Source: the human T2T-CHM13v2.0 reference genome, Homo sapiens. Taken from it: 64,000 nt of DNA. The stretch is taken from assembly GCF_009914755.1 (NCBI RefSeq), contig NC_060937.1, one strand, 5' to 3'. The position numbers and the translations under genes are program-made. Within the stretch, counting starts at the first letter, position 1. Every line of letters starts with the position of its first letter. The notes below the pieces were generated by a model. That model was not told the DNA's origin. It searched no databases and saw nothing but the letters and a program-made list of their open reading frames with translations. Shown in pieces: positions 12,009 to 25,560 of this stretch.

Positions 12009-12480
12009 TTTTTTTTTTTTTTTTTTTTTTTGCTTTTTAACAGGTTAACTTTTGAAGTGTGCTGTTTTGAGACCAAAAAAAGCAATACATACACAACATT
12101 GTGCTATTTTAAATTTATGTCTTAAAAATACCGTGACTGTTGATTTGTGCATACACATACACACACACAAACACAAACAGAAACACATACACCCATGGAG
12201 TATGGAAGAGAGAAAGAGAGAGAGAGAGACCCCAAAAGAGCCATTTAAAGATGTTGCAGAGAAATTTACACTGTCATCTCTTATTTTATGTATGTTCAAA
12301 GCTGATAAATATCTGTAAATACACACATGAGCATACACATACAGACATACAGTTATATAATGTATATATTATACATGTATGTGTATGTAAAAACATTCAT
12401 ATATAATGTATATGTATATATCATATGTGTATATATAGATATACATGTGTCTGTGCATGTGATTGGGAGATAGAGATGGA
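12009..12480. repeat. Poly-T run followed by CA/GA/TA low-complexity tracts
   Basis: T run at 12009-12031; acacac, gagaga and tatatg tracts at 12150-12480. Confidence 0.8.
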
Positions 12481-12597
12481 GAGAGATTTCTTACTGCTTG
12501 TATTTTCTCATATAAGTAAAACATGTGAATATATAGTAAGCATAATAACTAAAGCATATATTCAAGAACCAGATACTCTAGGTTAAAACCCCAGTTC

Positions 12598-12974
12598 TTG
12601 TCTTCTTTCAAAATAAAGGGCAGATATGCAAACTGCCTTGAAACATTAGAGATATTGTCTCCTGCAGGAGCAAAGGGCAAAGATACTTACTCCGTATAAT
12701 ATTTGGGTTGCCTAAGCATAGGGTTCATCTCCTGTTATACAAACCATGCATGTGCAGCATCCATGTTGGCCCATACATGTTTCGCCCACTGGACTCACAG
12801 GCAAGAGGAATTTTAAAACACCCACTGAGTTTTACATGGCATGCTCTGCCATAAGTAAACTTCTTTGTCTCTGACCCAGAAGTGTAATGTCTTTTACTGA
12901 CATTATAAAACTGTTAGACTAACTTATTAGCTTGCAAGCAGGCTAAAGTATCAGACCCTTCACAGTTCTTGACA
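12598..12974 (+). mobile_element. ERVL-class LTR (LTR47-like; family uncertain) inserted in a MIR
   Basis: 3' terminus ttagcttgcaagcaggctaaagtatcagacccttcacagttcttgaca; MIR-like sequence on both flanks. Confidence 0.55.
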
Positions 12975-12999
12975 CACACTAGCTCTGTGAAATGGGACA

Positions 13000-13459
13000 C
13001 TATTTGCTTCCTAGGGCTACTATTAACAAAGTACCATAAACGGAATTGCTTTAAAAAATAGAAATTTATTTTCTCATTGTTCTGGAGGTTAGAATTCTGA
13101 AACCCAGGTGTCCATAAGGAAATATTTGCTCTGAGATTCTGAGTAGAATCTTTCCCCAGCTCTTCCTAGCTTCTGGTATGGCCATGAATCTTTGCCATTT
13201 CTTGGCTTGCAGCAGCATCAATCCAATTTCTATCTCTGCATCAAATTGCATTCTCCCCATGTAGCTCTGTTCAAATCCCCCTCTTCATATAAGGATATCA
13301 GTCATATTGAATTAAGGCCCACCTACTTCAAGGTGACCTCATTATAACTGAGTGAATTGCATCTGCAATGACTCTATTTCCAAATAAGTCTACATTCTGA
13401 GGTACTGGGTGTGAGGGCTTCAACATATCTTTTTGGTGGACACAATTCAACCAAATACA
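13000..13459 (-). mobile_element. MLT1C-type MaLR LTR
   Basis: Reverse complement starts tgtatttggttgaattgtgtccaccaaaaagatatgttgaagccc; typical MLT1 gaaatttattttctcattgttctggagg. Confidence 0.85.
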
Positions 13460-14128
13460 AGTACATTATACAAGCTGTCAGTACCTTAGGTGTCTTATCC
13501 TTAAAGTGGAAATAATTACCAACATCACAGGACTAAATAGATTATTTTAAGTAAAATTCTTGGGTGAGCATCTATGTTACCTGTTATAATATTGCTGTTA
13601 GTATCATATACACATATGCATTTATATATCTAATGGAAACATTATCAATCTGTCCTTCAGTGAGGACAGAGATAGTGAAGGCTCTAATTTCAGATGTAAT
13701 TAACTATTAAACATATATCGTAATCAATACTGAATTTACAATTTGTACTTTTGTGTTGATGCAACATGTGCATTTTAACTTAGTTATGTTTAAACTGTGC
13801 ATATATAAAGTAAAACTCTTGTATTTAACAATCTAAAGAGATACCAGAGATTTTGAATAAAAACATATTACAGAATTGGATAGGAACTCTGAGAGCTTTA
13901 GAAAATGTCAAGTTGTTATGCATTGATTAAAAATTGTTGATGTGGCTCTTGACAAAACACATATAGTAGTGCTTGTTAAACCTGATAGAATACGTAACGA
14001 AACTTAATAACGATTACCTATTTGTGAGCTGATTTTAACAACAAGCAAGAATATTATAAAGAAAACACTTAGCATCTAAATTCCAAATAGTACATGTTTT
14101 CTAATTCATCACCACTGTAATACTTGTG

Positions 14129-14196
14129 TCTCCTGTCCCAGGTATCACATTTTGATACACTTTCTCCTGTCCCAGGTCTCACATTTTGATACACTT
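14129..14196 (+). repeat. 34-bp tandem duplication
   Basis: tctcctgtcccaggt(a/c)tcacattttgatacactt x2. Confidence 0.95.
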
Positions 14197-15705
14197 CAAC
14201 CATAAATCGGCCTGCTATTCTGGTAAGAAGAACCTCTACTCTTCCTAAAGAGAGCCTTTCCTAACAGAATTTATATGTTGCCCTCTGTACTCCATAAATG
14301 TTTTTCCTAACTGCTACCATGTCTCAAGCGTTTCACTTGGGTTTTAGATCATATCATTATTGCATACATTAAATCACTGTCCCCTATATTGAAGGTGATT
14401 ATCAGTCACACATGCCTCAAAACTGAAATATCAAGACATCAAAAATGGAAACAATCATTCACTCACATCCCCAGGAGAAATAATTATCTATATGAAGTTG
14501 ACATTTATAACCTGTATATTTTGAAAGGTTGAAATTGTAATGCAAATAACCATTTTTCATGATTCAAGTAAGCTAAAGAAAAAAAATTAATGGTTTCTGA
14601 CTGTGATATTATTTTACCAGATAAAATTGTGTAAAGAAAATGTTTACCTAATATGGATAATATATTTCATCAATATGTGGACAATTACTGACATTCAGGT
14701 TCAATTTATTCAGGTGCCTTTCTTTAATGGCACTAGAAAGGCTATTTTAACAAATGGATTTAGATAATAAGATTTAAACCTGCACTGAGAATAGATATTC
14801 AACTTACTAAGCAGTTGTTTAAGATGGATGAATATGTCAAAGCATAGGTAATCCAAATTCTAAGCAAAACACTGTTTTAAATCACTGGTGTAAAGTTCAA
14901 GTTCAAATGCTCCGCTTCATGAATCTGTCTCTAGTCCTCTTTCAGGACACTGGTCCTTATTTGCCTTTGACTGTCTGAATCATATGCCAATCCAGATGCC
15001 TCAGTAACCTATGTTTAGGTTAATTCATGATGTATTATAGATAATACATTTACATAGAGATGAGTACATTAACTATGATTCAGCCTACAGGTTTGTCAAA
15101 CTTTTAATGTTCACAGTCTGATTACAATATTTTATAGACCAATCTTATTTTTTTGAACTATTATAGCCATTTATCAATTGCTTCAATTCAAGCAACTGCT
15201 GTAGCTACCTATGAATGTGTTACATTTCCCTTCAGTTTTTTGAGACAGTTGCATTCCATGCCATAAAAGAAGAACTTAACGAGAGAAGAACAGAAATTGA
15301 GATAAAATATTAAAGAATCTTTCCACATTATCAAATGAAGTAAAATAAAATTTTTCTGCAAGACAATTCCTTTCACAGTATGAAAATGACCTTAAACATA
15401 GCTGTAGAGATTAAGGTCCAAATATTTATTTGATTATTTTGGCATATTGATATTTCTAGCTTTGTGTACCTCACAAATATTTATAAACACATTTACATTG
15501 CAGAATTTTTTACTGAAGCATATACTTAAAACTGGGCCTATATGTGTCACTTTTTTGAAAACAAAAAAAAGCGGGGGGTGGAGAAAACATTCAGATATAA
15601 GGTCGGAAAGCAAAATGGGAAAATAATTCTGTTTCATAATTGCCACACTATTTGGATTATCATTGTTTCTAGATTTATATGTGAAAGTTAAAACATTCAA
15701 CAGTA

Positions 15706-16022
15706 GGCTGGGACTGGTGGCTCATACCTGTGATTCCGTCACTTTGGGAGGCCTAGGCGGGAGGATTGCTTGAGCCCAGGAATTTGAGACCAGCATGGGC
15801 AACATAGTCAGACCTCATCTCTACAGAAAATTAAAAATGAAATTAGCTGCATGTGTGGCACAAGCCTGTAGACCCACTACTTGGGAGGCTGAGGTGGGAG
15901 GATGTATTGAGCCCGGAAGTTTGAGGCTGCAGAGAGCTATGATCATGTCACTGCAATCCATCCTGAGCGATAGAGCAAGACCCTGTCTCGAAAAACAAAC
16001 ACACAAACAAAAAATACAAAAA
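15706..16022 (+). mobile_element. Alu (AluJ)
   Basis: J-type diagnostics (ggattgcttgagcccagga, ggcaacatag); degenerate TSD acattcaacagta/atattcaacaata. Confidence 0.95.
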
Positions 16023-16543
16023 GATATTCAACAATAAAGGTAAAATTTCAACACTGGAATAATGATATTTGGAAAGATTTGAAATATTTGAAAACATATA
16101 AATCACAACAGGATGTTTTCTGTTGTGATTTTCGTTCTTGAGAAACCTGAGGTACCTTTGAACGGAATGCTGTAAACTCTCCATCATGCTCCAGATTACT
16201 TTTTTTCATCTTAGTAACTAAGTATGTGGCAAATACATTCCAGGGAAAAAAGTAATGAAGAGAAAAACTGCAATAATTAATATTTTTGCAAATATATATG
16301 CATGGTTTTTGAGGGGATTCCCAAACTAAGAGTACAGAATATCAGAATATAATCTTGAACTGCATTTGAAGTGCATTGTGCTATTTTGACATCTAATTTT
16401 GGCTTTAATCCTTTAATGATTTGTCTAGTAAGACCATGCATCAAGTGCTGGTTTCTGATGGAAAATATAAAAATAATAGGAAAATCTTGACATAATGTAA
16501 AGGAATTAATTCAAAGACACCACGAGATAGAAATGCTATCTTA

Positions 16544-16920
16544 TACATATACACCATGGAATACTATGCAGCCATAAAAATGAATGAGATCATGTCTTTT
16601 GCAGGGACACTGATGAAGCTGGAAGCCCTTAGCAAACTGATGCAGGAACAGAAAATCAAACACATGTTCTCACTTATAAGTGGGAGCTGAGCAATGAGTA
16701 CACATGGACACAGGGAGGGAAACGACACACACTGGGGCCTTTTATGGGGGTGGGAACAGGAGAGAGAGAACATTAAGAAAAATAGCTAGTGCATTCTGGG
16801 CTTAATACCTAGTTGATCGGCTAATAGCTGCAGCAAACCACCATGGAAATTTACCTACGTAACAAACCTGCACATCCTGCATATGTACCCTGAAACTTGA
16901 AATAAAAATGAAAAAAAAAA
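16544..16920 (+). mobile_element. 5'-truncated L1PA (about L1PA8-11) 3' end
   Basis: L1 3'UTR and poly-A. TSD aaatgcta(t/c)ctta at 16531-16543 and 16918-16930. Confidence 0.9.
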
Positions 16921-17836
16921 TGCTACCTTACCTCTATCTTACTTTACTGAACAAGGTCCAAAGTTCATGACCATGAAATTAATTGATTATAATGGCACAG
17001 GAATCTTCAAACAAACAAACACTTATTTTTAGTACATGGGGAATTATGACATAAAGAAGTAAAATGGAAATAATATCCATATTCTCAATGGGATTGAAAG
17101 GGGTCAAGTTTAGCTAAATAGTGCTAGTACTTATGGCAAGAAATAAAGTCATTAAAATAGACAGCAATCATGGCATGTAATTTGATTTTAGTGAGTAGCC
17201 TTAAAACACAGATCTTTTCCACTATAGATAACTAATCATGTAGTTCCAAGAAACAAAATTTGTAGACAGCCTGACAATGTCTTACTTGAATTGCATAAGC
17301 AAAAATAAATCAGAATAATTATCAGTGGTAGACTGAAAATTTTTACTTGTATAACAAGTTCTTTTTACCTTATAAGTTGATGTTCCGACTTACATACAGT
17401 GATCAAGACTTAAATAACCTGAGAGCAGTCACCAAGCCCTCTACCATAATGAGACCTCAATTAAATTATGCTATGCAACTTTGCCTAGGCAGGAGATGGT
17501 AATTTATTTTTCTTTTTAACTTACTTTCATTAAGCCAGCTAGGAGTAAAGAAATATCTCCAGGTAAATATTAAAAATAAATGCAGATGTACTAAATAAAT
17601 AATTTTGGTAGTTTTATAACTATTTGAGGTGTAGCCTTAGTAATAATTTTAAACAGTGTTAATATTTATGTTGCATTTACATTGCAACATAAAACTTTAG
17701 AAATATCATTCAAATGTATGAATTAATATTATTTAATTTTAATGTAAGTTAAGAAAATTATATCAAATTTTGGTCAACACTGAAATATTTAAACATTTTC
17801 TTTAACAGATTTTTGAATTGAATAAAATTATCTTTT

Positions 17837-18145
<309 letters not shown>

Positions 18146-18229
18146 AATAAAATTATCCTTAAAATTAAAACACCTGTGGATAATCTCTCCAGGAACAAAA
18201 ATTGTGTATCATTGAAATACAAGAGAACC

Positions 18230-18860
18230 CTCTGAACCTTCCCCTAGTATTCAACTCAGGTGCATAAAGAAATATTTTGTTGCTACGCTGTGTCCAGACA
18301 AATGGAAATGGAAAAACATCATGGAGTACTGTGCAGTTCAATCAAGCTAATGATTTCTGGACAGTTAAAATTACAGTCTCTCATTCAGACTAGAGAAGAT
18401 ACAGAATCATATGAAAACATGAATTTGGATCAAATTTAACTTTAGCTTATATCAAATAAATCCCTGAAATGATCCAAAGTTATTTAGAAAGAATTTGGTT
18501 TTATATTTGTCATGCACATGTTTAACAATGGATCTAATTCTCACATTAGTTTGGAGTATTCAAAAGCAATACTGATTCTCCAGAGAAATCTCATTAATCA
18601 GTGTCATCATAAAAAATAAGTGAGAATTGTGTGGGTTGATTTCTACTCCATCTCCTTTCAATTACCAGTTTGGCAAGTGTGAAAAACTGATGGGTTTTAG
18701 AAAATGAATCCAGATTATAATAACTTAATCAAGTAGAGACTCTAATGTTGACTGCTCTTTTAGAGGTTATTGCTCTTTTAGAGTAAAGCAGTATCTTCAG
18801 AATGTAGTACACATGTGACTATAAAAGATTTTCCAATTTTATTTCCATTCCTTTCTAAAA
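18230..18860 (+). mobile_element. Highly decayed ERVL-class internal pro/pol (RT N-terminus) remnant
   Basis: caaaagcaatactg...cagtgtcatcata...ccatctcctttcaattaccagtttggcaagtgtgaaaaactgatggg...gattataataacttaatcaagt resembles the ERVL RT '[29 protein letters not shown]' region. Confidence 0.6.
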
Positions 18861-19301
18861 AAATTATAACGATATTTTGCAGAAGATTAACCCATCCTAA
18901 ATTTGATATTGTCTGTGTCATGATGTAGAGACTAATAATTTAATTACTTCATTTCAAATGAGAATAGTCACTTGCTGCAACACAGATTTTCCAATATAAA
19001 ACTGTCTTTTTAAAAATTCAGCTTATATTGGTATACAGTATTATCACATGATGTTTCATATTTTGAAAATTTATAGTTTTTACATTTTAGTCTTTTGTGT
19101 GTGGTTTATTTTTTGATCATATGTACTATATATTTGAATATTTTATTAACATTATTAAACTAGATTATTCATTTATGTATTAATTCAAATATATTTGCTG
19201 ATTACCTGCTATATCAGTCACATTTTTTATTTTAGAGTTACATGGGTTTGACACATGTAGCTTAAATTCTTAAGAGAATAAAATAAAAGGGGAAAAATAG
19301 G

Positions 19302-19619
19302 GGCTGGTTATGGTGGCTCACGCCTGTATTCCTAGTACTTTGGGAGGCTGAGATACAAAGATCACTTGAGGCCAGGAATTTGAGAGCAGCCTGGGCAACA
19401 TACTGACACCATATCTCTACAAAAAATTAAAACTGTTAGGTGGGCATGGTGGCCCACGCTTGTAGTCCCAGCTACTTGGGCCCAACTACTTGAGAGACTG
19501 AATTGGGAGGATTGTTTTAGTCGAGGAGTTCAAGGTTGCAGTGAGCTGTAGTTGAACCACTGTATTCCAGCCTTGGTGACACAGCAGGGCCCTATCTCAA
19601 AAAAAAAAAAAAAAAAAAG
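19302..19619 (+). mobile_element. Alu (AluJ) with an internal 14-bp duplication, inserted in an L2 remnant
   Basis: J-type Alu with poly-A tail; cccagctacttggg/cccaactacttgag at 19467-19494. Confidence 0.95.
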
Positions 19620-19862
19620 AGAGAGAGGGAAAAGTAAACAGTACAATTTCAAGTAACAGTGCTATGGAGAAAAACAAATCAAAATAAATGGCAAGTAAGG
19701 GATGTCTGGAGAAGGCCATGTGTTTCTAACAAAAAACATAGTATGTTCTTTGAGAAAGTGATGTTTAAAAATTAATCTGTGCATATCTATGGGGAAAGCA
19801 CTTCATGATAATTGGCAGCAAGCACAAAAACTTTGAGGTGAAAGTAAGTTTGGCATTTTCTT

Positions 19863-19901
19863 TGTGTGTGTGCATGTGTGTGTGTGTGTGTGTGTGTGTG
19901 T
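19863..19901. repeat. (TG)n microsatellite
   Basis: tgtgtgtgtgcatgtgtgtgtgtgtgtgtgtgtgtgtgt. Confidence 0.95.
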
Positions 19902-20155
19902 TTATTGAAGTAAACCAGTCACCAATCATAGTGGACTGGCCTAGGGCACCAATTGAGAACTGAAAACATTGAAGGTAACTAGTAGAGAGAATCAACAACC
20001 TTTACTGTACCAAGAGGAGAAAAAAAATAGTGTGTTCACATTTATAACATATAATGTTATAAAGACCTTGCTAAAGTCTTTAAAGTACCTACTGACCTTG
20101 GTTTATATAGGCATTTTCAAGGAAGAAATAGAAGTAGCACATCTATGGTGACTAG

Positions 20156-20559
<404 letters not shown>

Positions 20560-20964
20560 TGGCAGGTTTTTTTAAAGGAATATTTGTGTTTGTGTGCGTT
20601 TGTGTGTGGTTTCACAAAGCATTAATCTAACATTACAAGGAGCCACTGAAGGATCTAGATCAAGACAGTGACATGATATGCACAACATAACATCACACAA
20701 GTTGTTTTGGAGAATAGACTTTATAACGAAGGTAAAGTCACAACAGTAAATGAGTGTTAACAGAAATGTAGATAAAAGGTAAAGAGATTGGTTAGGGTCA
20801 GGGATGTTGACGTCTTGGGAATGGGTTTGGTACTGGAGGGGGTGATGCAGCAGTTAAAGAAATATTTTTAATAGAGCCGATCACTAGCTAATGAGATGTG
20901 AGTTGTGAGGTGAAAAAAAATAAAGGATAACTTCAAAGTTTTAAAATTGAGTTTGAAAAAATGG

Positions 20965-21265
20965 CTAATATTGTTGAATACTTTTTATGTGCATGTTAGC
21001 CAAACACATACACTCTTCTGCAAAATGCTGTGTTTGTCTTCAGCCCATTTTCTGATTTGTTATTAATTTAATGTTAAGATGTGAGAGCTCTTTAAACAGT
21101 TTAAATACTAGTCCTTTGTCCTGTATGTGGTTTTCAAATTACACTTCTATTCTGTGACTTGCATTTTCATCTTTTGCAGAGGCTCTTTTGTGGAAGAAAT
21201 GTTTTTATTTTTATAAGATCTAGCTTATTTATTTTATGAATCATGATATTGTTGTCAAGTCTAGG
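20965..21265 (-). mobile_element. Ancient L1M ORF2 fragment
   Basis: Antisense L1 motifs (gcccattttctgattt, tactagtcctttgtc, gttgtcaagtctag). Confidence 0.6.
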
Positions 21266-21274
21266 GATATAATC

Positions 21275-23210
21275 ACATTGTAATCTCATTTACAATAGAT
21301 ACAAATAAAATAAATACCTAGGAATTAACCAAAGATGTGAACAATCTTTACAATGAAAACTATAAAACACTGATGAAAGAAATTGAACAGGACAAAAAAA
21401 AAGATATTCCATGTTTATGGGTTGGAAGAAATGTTCATACTACCTAAAGTAATCTACAGATTCAATGCAATCCCTATCAAAATACCAATGACATTCTTTA
21501 CATAAATGAAAAAAAAATCCTAAAATTTATATGGACCTACAAAATACCAAAATAGCCAAGGCTATCCTAAGTAAGCAAAACAAAACTTGCAGTCATATTA
21601 CATGACTTCAAATTATGCTATAAAGCTATAATAACCAAAACAGCATTGCACTGGCATAAAAATAGACACATAGACAAATGGAACAGAATAAATAACCCAG
21701 AAACAAATCTATGTATCTACTGTAAAGTCATTTTTGACAAAAGTGCCAACAACGTACATTTGGGAAAAGACTCTTTCTTCAATAAATAGTGCTGAGGAAA
21801 GTAAATATATGCAGAAGAATAAAACTAGGCCCCTATCTCTTGCCATATGCAATAATTAATTCAAAAATGGACTAAGTACTTAAATCTAAGACCTCAAACT
21901 CTAAAACTACTAAAGTAAAACTTGGGGCAAACTCTCCAGAACATTGGACTGTGCAAAGATTTCTTGAGTAGTACTGCACAAGCACGGGCATTCAAAGCAA
22001 AGATGAATAAGAACACATCAAGTTAAGGAGTTTTTGCATGGCAAAGAAACAATCAACACTTTCAAGAGCCAACCCATACAATGGGATAAAATATTTGCAA
22101 ACTATCCATCTGACAAGGGATTAATAACCAGAATATATAAGGAACTCAACCAAGTCTATAAGAAAAAATTGAATAATGTTATTAAAAAATGGCAAACTAC
22201 CTGAATGGACATTTCTCGAAACAAGACATACAAATGGCAAACAGGCATATGAAACAGTGCTCAACATCATTGATCATCAGAGAAAGGCAAATCAAAACTA
22301 CAATGAGATATCATCTCATCCCAGTTAAAATGTCCTTTATCCAAAAGACGGGCAATAACAAATGCTAGAGAGAATGTGAAGAAAAGGGAACACTTGTACA
22401 GTTAGTGGGAATGCAAATTAGTTCAGCCTAACCTACATTTGGAGGTTCTGCAAAATACTAAAAATAGAACTACCATATGATCCAGCAATCTCATTGCTAC
22501 TAAGTATATACACAAAAGAAAGGAAATTAGTATATGGAAGAGATATCTGAACTCCCATGTTTATTCAGACTATTAACAATAGCCAAGATTTGGAAGCAAT
22601 CTTTAAGTGTCCATTAACAAATGGTACTGGCACAAAAACAGACATATAGATAATACAATAAATGGATTAAATAAATGTGGTGTCACTGGCCACCTACTGC
22701 CATAGATATGCATGTTGTGGCCAAGGGTAGCAGGTGAGGTTGCAGAGTGTGGCCTCCTAATGCCAACATGTGGAGCATAGGGAGCTAAAAGTCCTTACCC
22801 CTGTTCTTGCTGCTGCTACTGTTCCTGCAGGTGGATCAGTGGCCCACAAATGCCCCAGTGTGGAGCAAGGCCTAACATTCTCCAGAGCCTCACTGGGTTT
22901 CCTGTTTCCTTCTCCTGAGAACTATTCAGCCATAAAACAGAATGAGATCCTGTCATTTGCAACAACATACATGGAACTGAAGGTCATTATGTTAAGTGAA
23001 ATAAGCCAGGCACAGAAAGATCATCTTCACATGTTCTCACTTATTTGTGGGAGCTAAACATTGAAACAATTGAACTCATTGAAATAGAAAGTAGAATGAT
23101 GGTTACCAGAGTCTGGGAAGGGTATTGGGAGGCAGGGAAGTGGGAATGGTAAATAAGTACAAAAATATAGTTGTATAGAAAGAATAATATCTAGTATTTG
23201 ATAACACAAT
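21275..23210 (+). mobile_element. L1MA-type LINE-1 ORF2 3' part + partial 3'UTR, with two internal insertions and no poly-A tail
   Basis: Continuous ORF2 homology (aatctacagattcaatgcaatccctatcaaaataccaatg etc.); ends abruptly at ataacacaat. Confidence 0.9.
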
Positions 23211-24647
23211 GCCCTGATCAGTGGCCACATACCATGTTTCTAATATCATGTTAATCTGCAACAGATGCAAGTGAGCTATAACTGGATATTAGAGGATCCA
23301 TCTAGTTTTCGTAGGGGTAAAACCAGTGAATTAACTAACGATATGATATATGGCACTATCCATCTTTTAGGATGACACAACTTTCTGCCATTCCCTTTGA
23401 GATACATTATTATTTCAAATTAAACCCTTGGCTGGGGTCAAAAGTAATTTCAAAGTATTCCACTTAGCATTTGTCATTAAAATAGCTCTTAACCTACAAA
23501 TCAAGGACTGAATGCTAGGATTCTGCTGAGACAAAATATGCTCTTTCTAATAATACAGCTTTTCCACTTCTTTGAACAATGTGTTTACTTCTTGCACCAT
23601 TTTCCATGACAGTACTGGTATTTCTACTTCATTTGGTACCAGTTATCTCTTTAAAAAAGCTTTTAGGTACTGTTATTACTATGGATTGATTCCTTATCCT
23701 TTACAGAATGTTGATAACTGTTTGAGGGAAGAATTCTCCCACATAAATACTTAATCATCTAACCTTATGTTCCACCTCGACTGGCTTTCAGAATCAAGTT
23801 CTGCACATGATCCCCCAGATCCTGACAATATATTATGTCTTGCAGCTTCATCAGTTTATAGTCCTTTTTCTCTTTTACTAGCCACAATACTTCTGCAGTC
23901 TTTAAGTGCGACCTTACCACAGTTATTTGTCAGAAAGGGATGTGGAAATAGATCTAGAAGAAGTTCCTATTACCTTGCAAGGCATAGGCATTTGTAAGAC
24001 AGGAGAAATAGGCTTTAACAGGGAAGAGTGGGTTACTTATCCGAGAATGTATGGTTTAGAAAGATCTTAAGATTTTTCAATGTATTCAACCAATATTTCT
24101 CAACTCTAAGTCCTACAGACCCACTCCTTCCTAACTAGGGTCAAGGCCTACTGTGCCAAGACCTGATATAACTGGCTTGAGTGGTAAGAATGAATCATTC
24201 TCTGGAGTTGCACTAATCTTATAAATAAGTATTGTGCCTAATACTCAGGTTTTTCTATGCTACAGCCACAGGAGATAACTATCTTTATAAGATGCCACAG
24301 TAACTTTCTAAATTTAATACTTAATTTCAACTGGCTAATACTCATTCTCAATATTTCACTATTTTTTCTTCAGTGCATTCATGGCACTCAGCAGCAGCCA
24401 TTTAATATCACTGGCCTCATGTATAGTGCACCTACCATCGTGTATTTTTGTCCATCTTCCATTAGTACACTATACCAGTTTACCATCTGCAAAATTTTTA
24501 ACAATCATATTGCTCTTCTGCATTAGAAGCTTTTACTGATTTACTGGCTACAATTAATAGAGTCTACATTGCCAGCATGCTGGTGGGCGATCCAACTCCA
24601 AATTTCCATCTGAGAGTCGGCTGTTTTCAGCCACACCTGGAAACAAT
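23211..24647 (-). mobile_element. HERV16/ERVL-type internal sequence (PBS region, leader, gag remnant)
   Basis: Minus strand reads a decayed ERVL gag (aaaggactataaactgatgaagctgcaagac...gggggatcatgtgcagaacttgattctg). A PBS-like attgtttccaggtgtggctg abuts the LTR. Confidence 0.65.
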
Positions 24648-25082
24648 TATAATAGGCCAATGCCATAGGAAACAGATGCTGGCACAGAGATTTGTGAGCA
24701 GAAATTTTACTGAAGAGTGCCCTCAGGATCAATACATGTATACGAGTAGAAAAAAAGCAGAACAGGGCGGAGTGCGTTGAACTGCAATGCAGTTACAATA
24801 AAAACCGCGACCAATCCCACAAGAAGCTTTGGAGCTGGAATAATACTTCTGAATCGTCCTTCCTAAAGGCAAAGAAACTGGCATTTATGCCCACAGGACA
24901 TCAGTTATTAGATACACTCTGTCCCCAGTAGAGACATTGACTATGGAAGAGGCAGCTTTCTTATGCTAAATGTAATTCCCAGAAAGGAACATATCTGAGA
25001 GTCCAGAAGCTGGGGAAAAAAAAATGTTTCAGGCCCGAAAAGGAGGGATCTTCTAGGTGAACCCTTGTATTCAGTTCCTGTA
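24648..25082 (-). mobile_element. LTR16A-type ERVL LTR (5' LTR of the adjacent provirus remnant)
   Basis: gagtgccctcaggatcaatac...gttgaactgcaatgcagt...cccacaagaagctttggagctgg resembles LTR16A. Confidence 0.8.
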
Positions 25083-25179
25083 ATAATGTCCAGATTTTTT
25101 TGACCCATTTATTAAGGATACATCGTTCTCTTCATTGCTAGTACAGGCATTCTTTCATTATCTACATTAGTAATCCATT

Positions 25180-25560
25180 TGTGTCTCTCAGGAGGGTTCT
25201 TGTTAAACCAACAATGTGCCTTAAATCTCAATGGCTTAAGTAATAAAGATATGTTTCTTATTTGTGACACACATCCAAAATGGCTTGTTAGAGGGTTTTT
25301 CTCATGTTAATCATTCAGGGGCCCAGGCCAAAGGAGAATATATTTGCTTGGGATATTATGTTGTTGTAATAGAAGATGGAGGATGGTAAACTGTGTATTG
25401 ATTATAAAACTTCCACTTTGAAATAAAATGTTATTTTTTGCTTCTTTATTGAGCAAAGCAGCTTTGATGTCTACTCAAATTTTCACAGAAGCCAGCAATG
25501 AAATCTTACTACGTAAAACAAAATTATAATAAACAGTTGATCCATGAGCAGCCTTAATGA
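25180..25560 (-). mobile_element. Ancient MaLR/ERVL LTR (MLT1J-L or LTR33-like)
   Basis: aatctcaatggcttaagtaataaagatatgtttctt...cattcaggggcccaggc. Confidence 0.5.
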
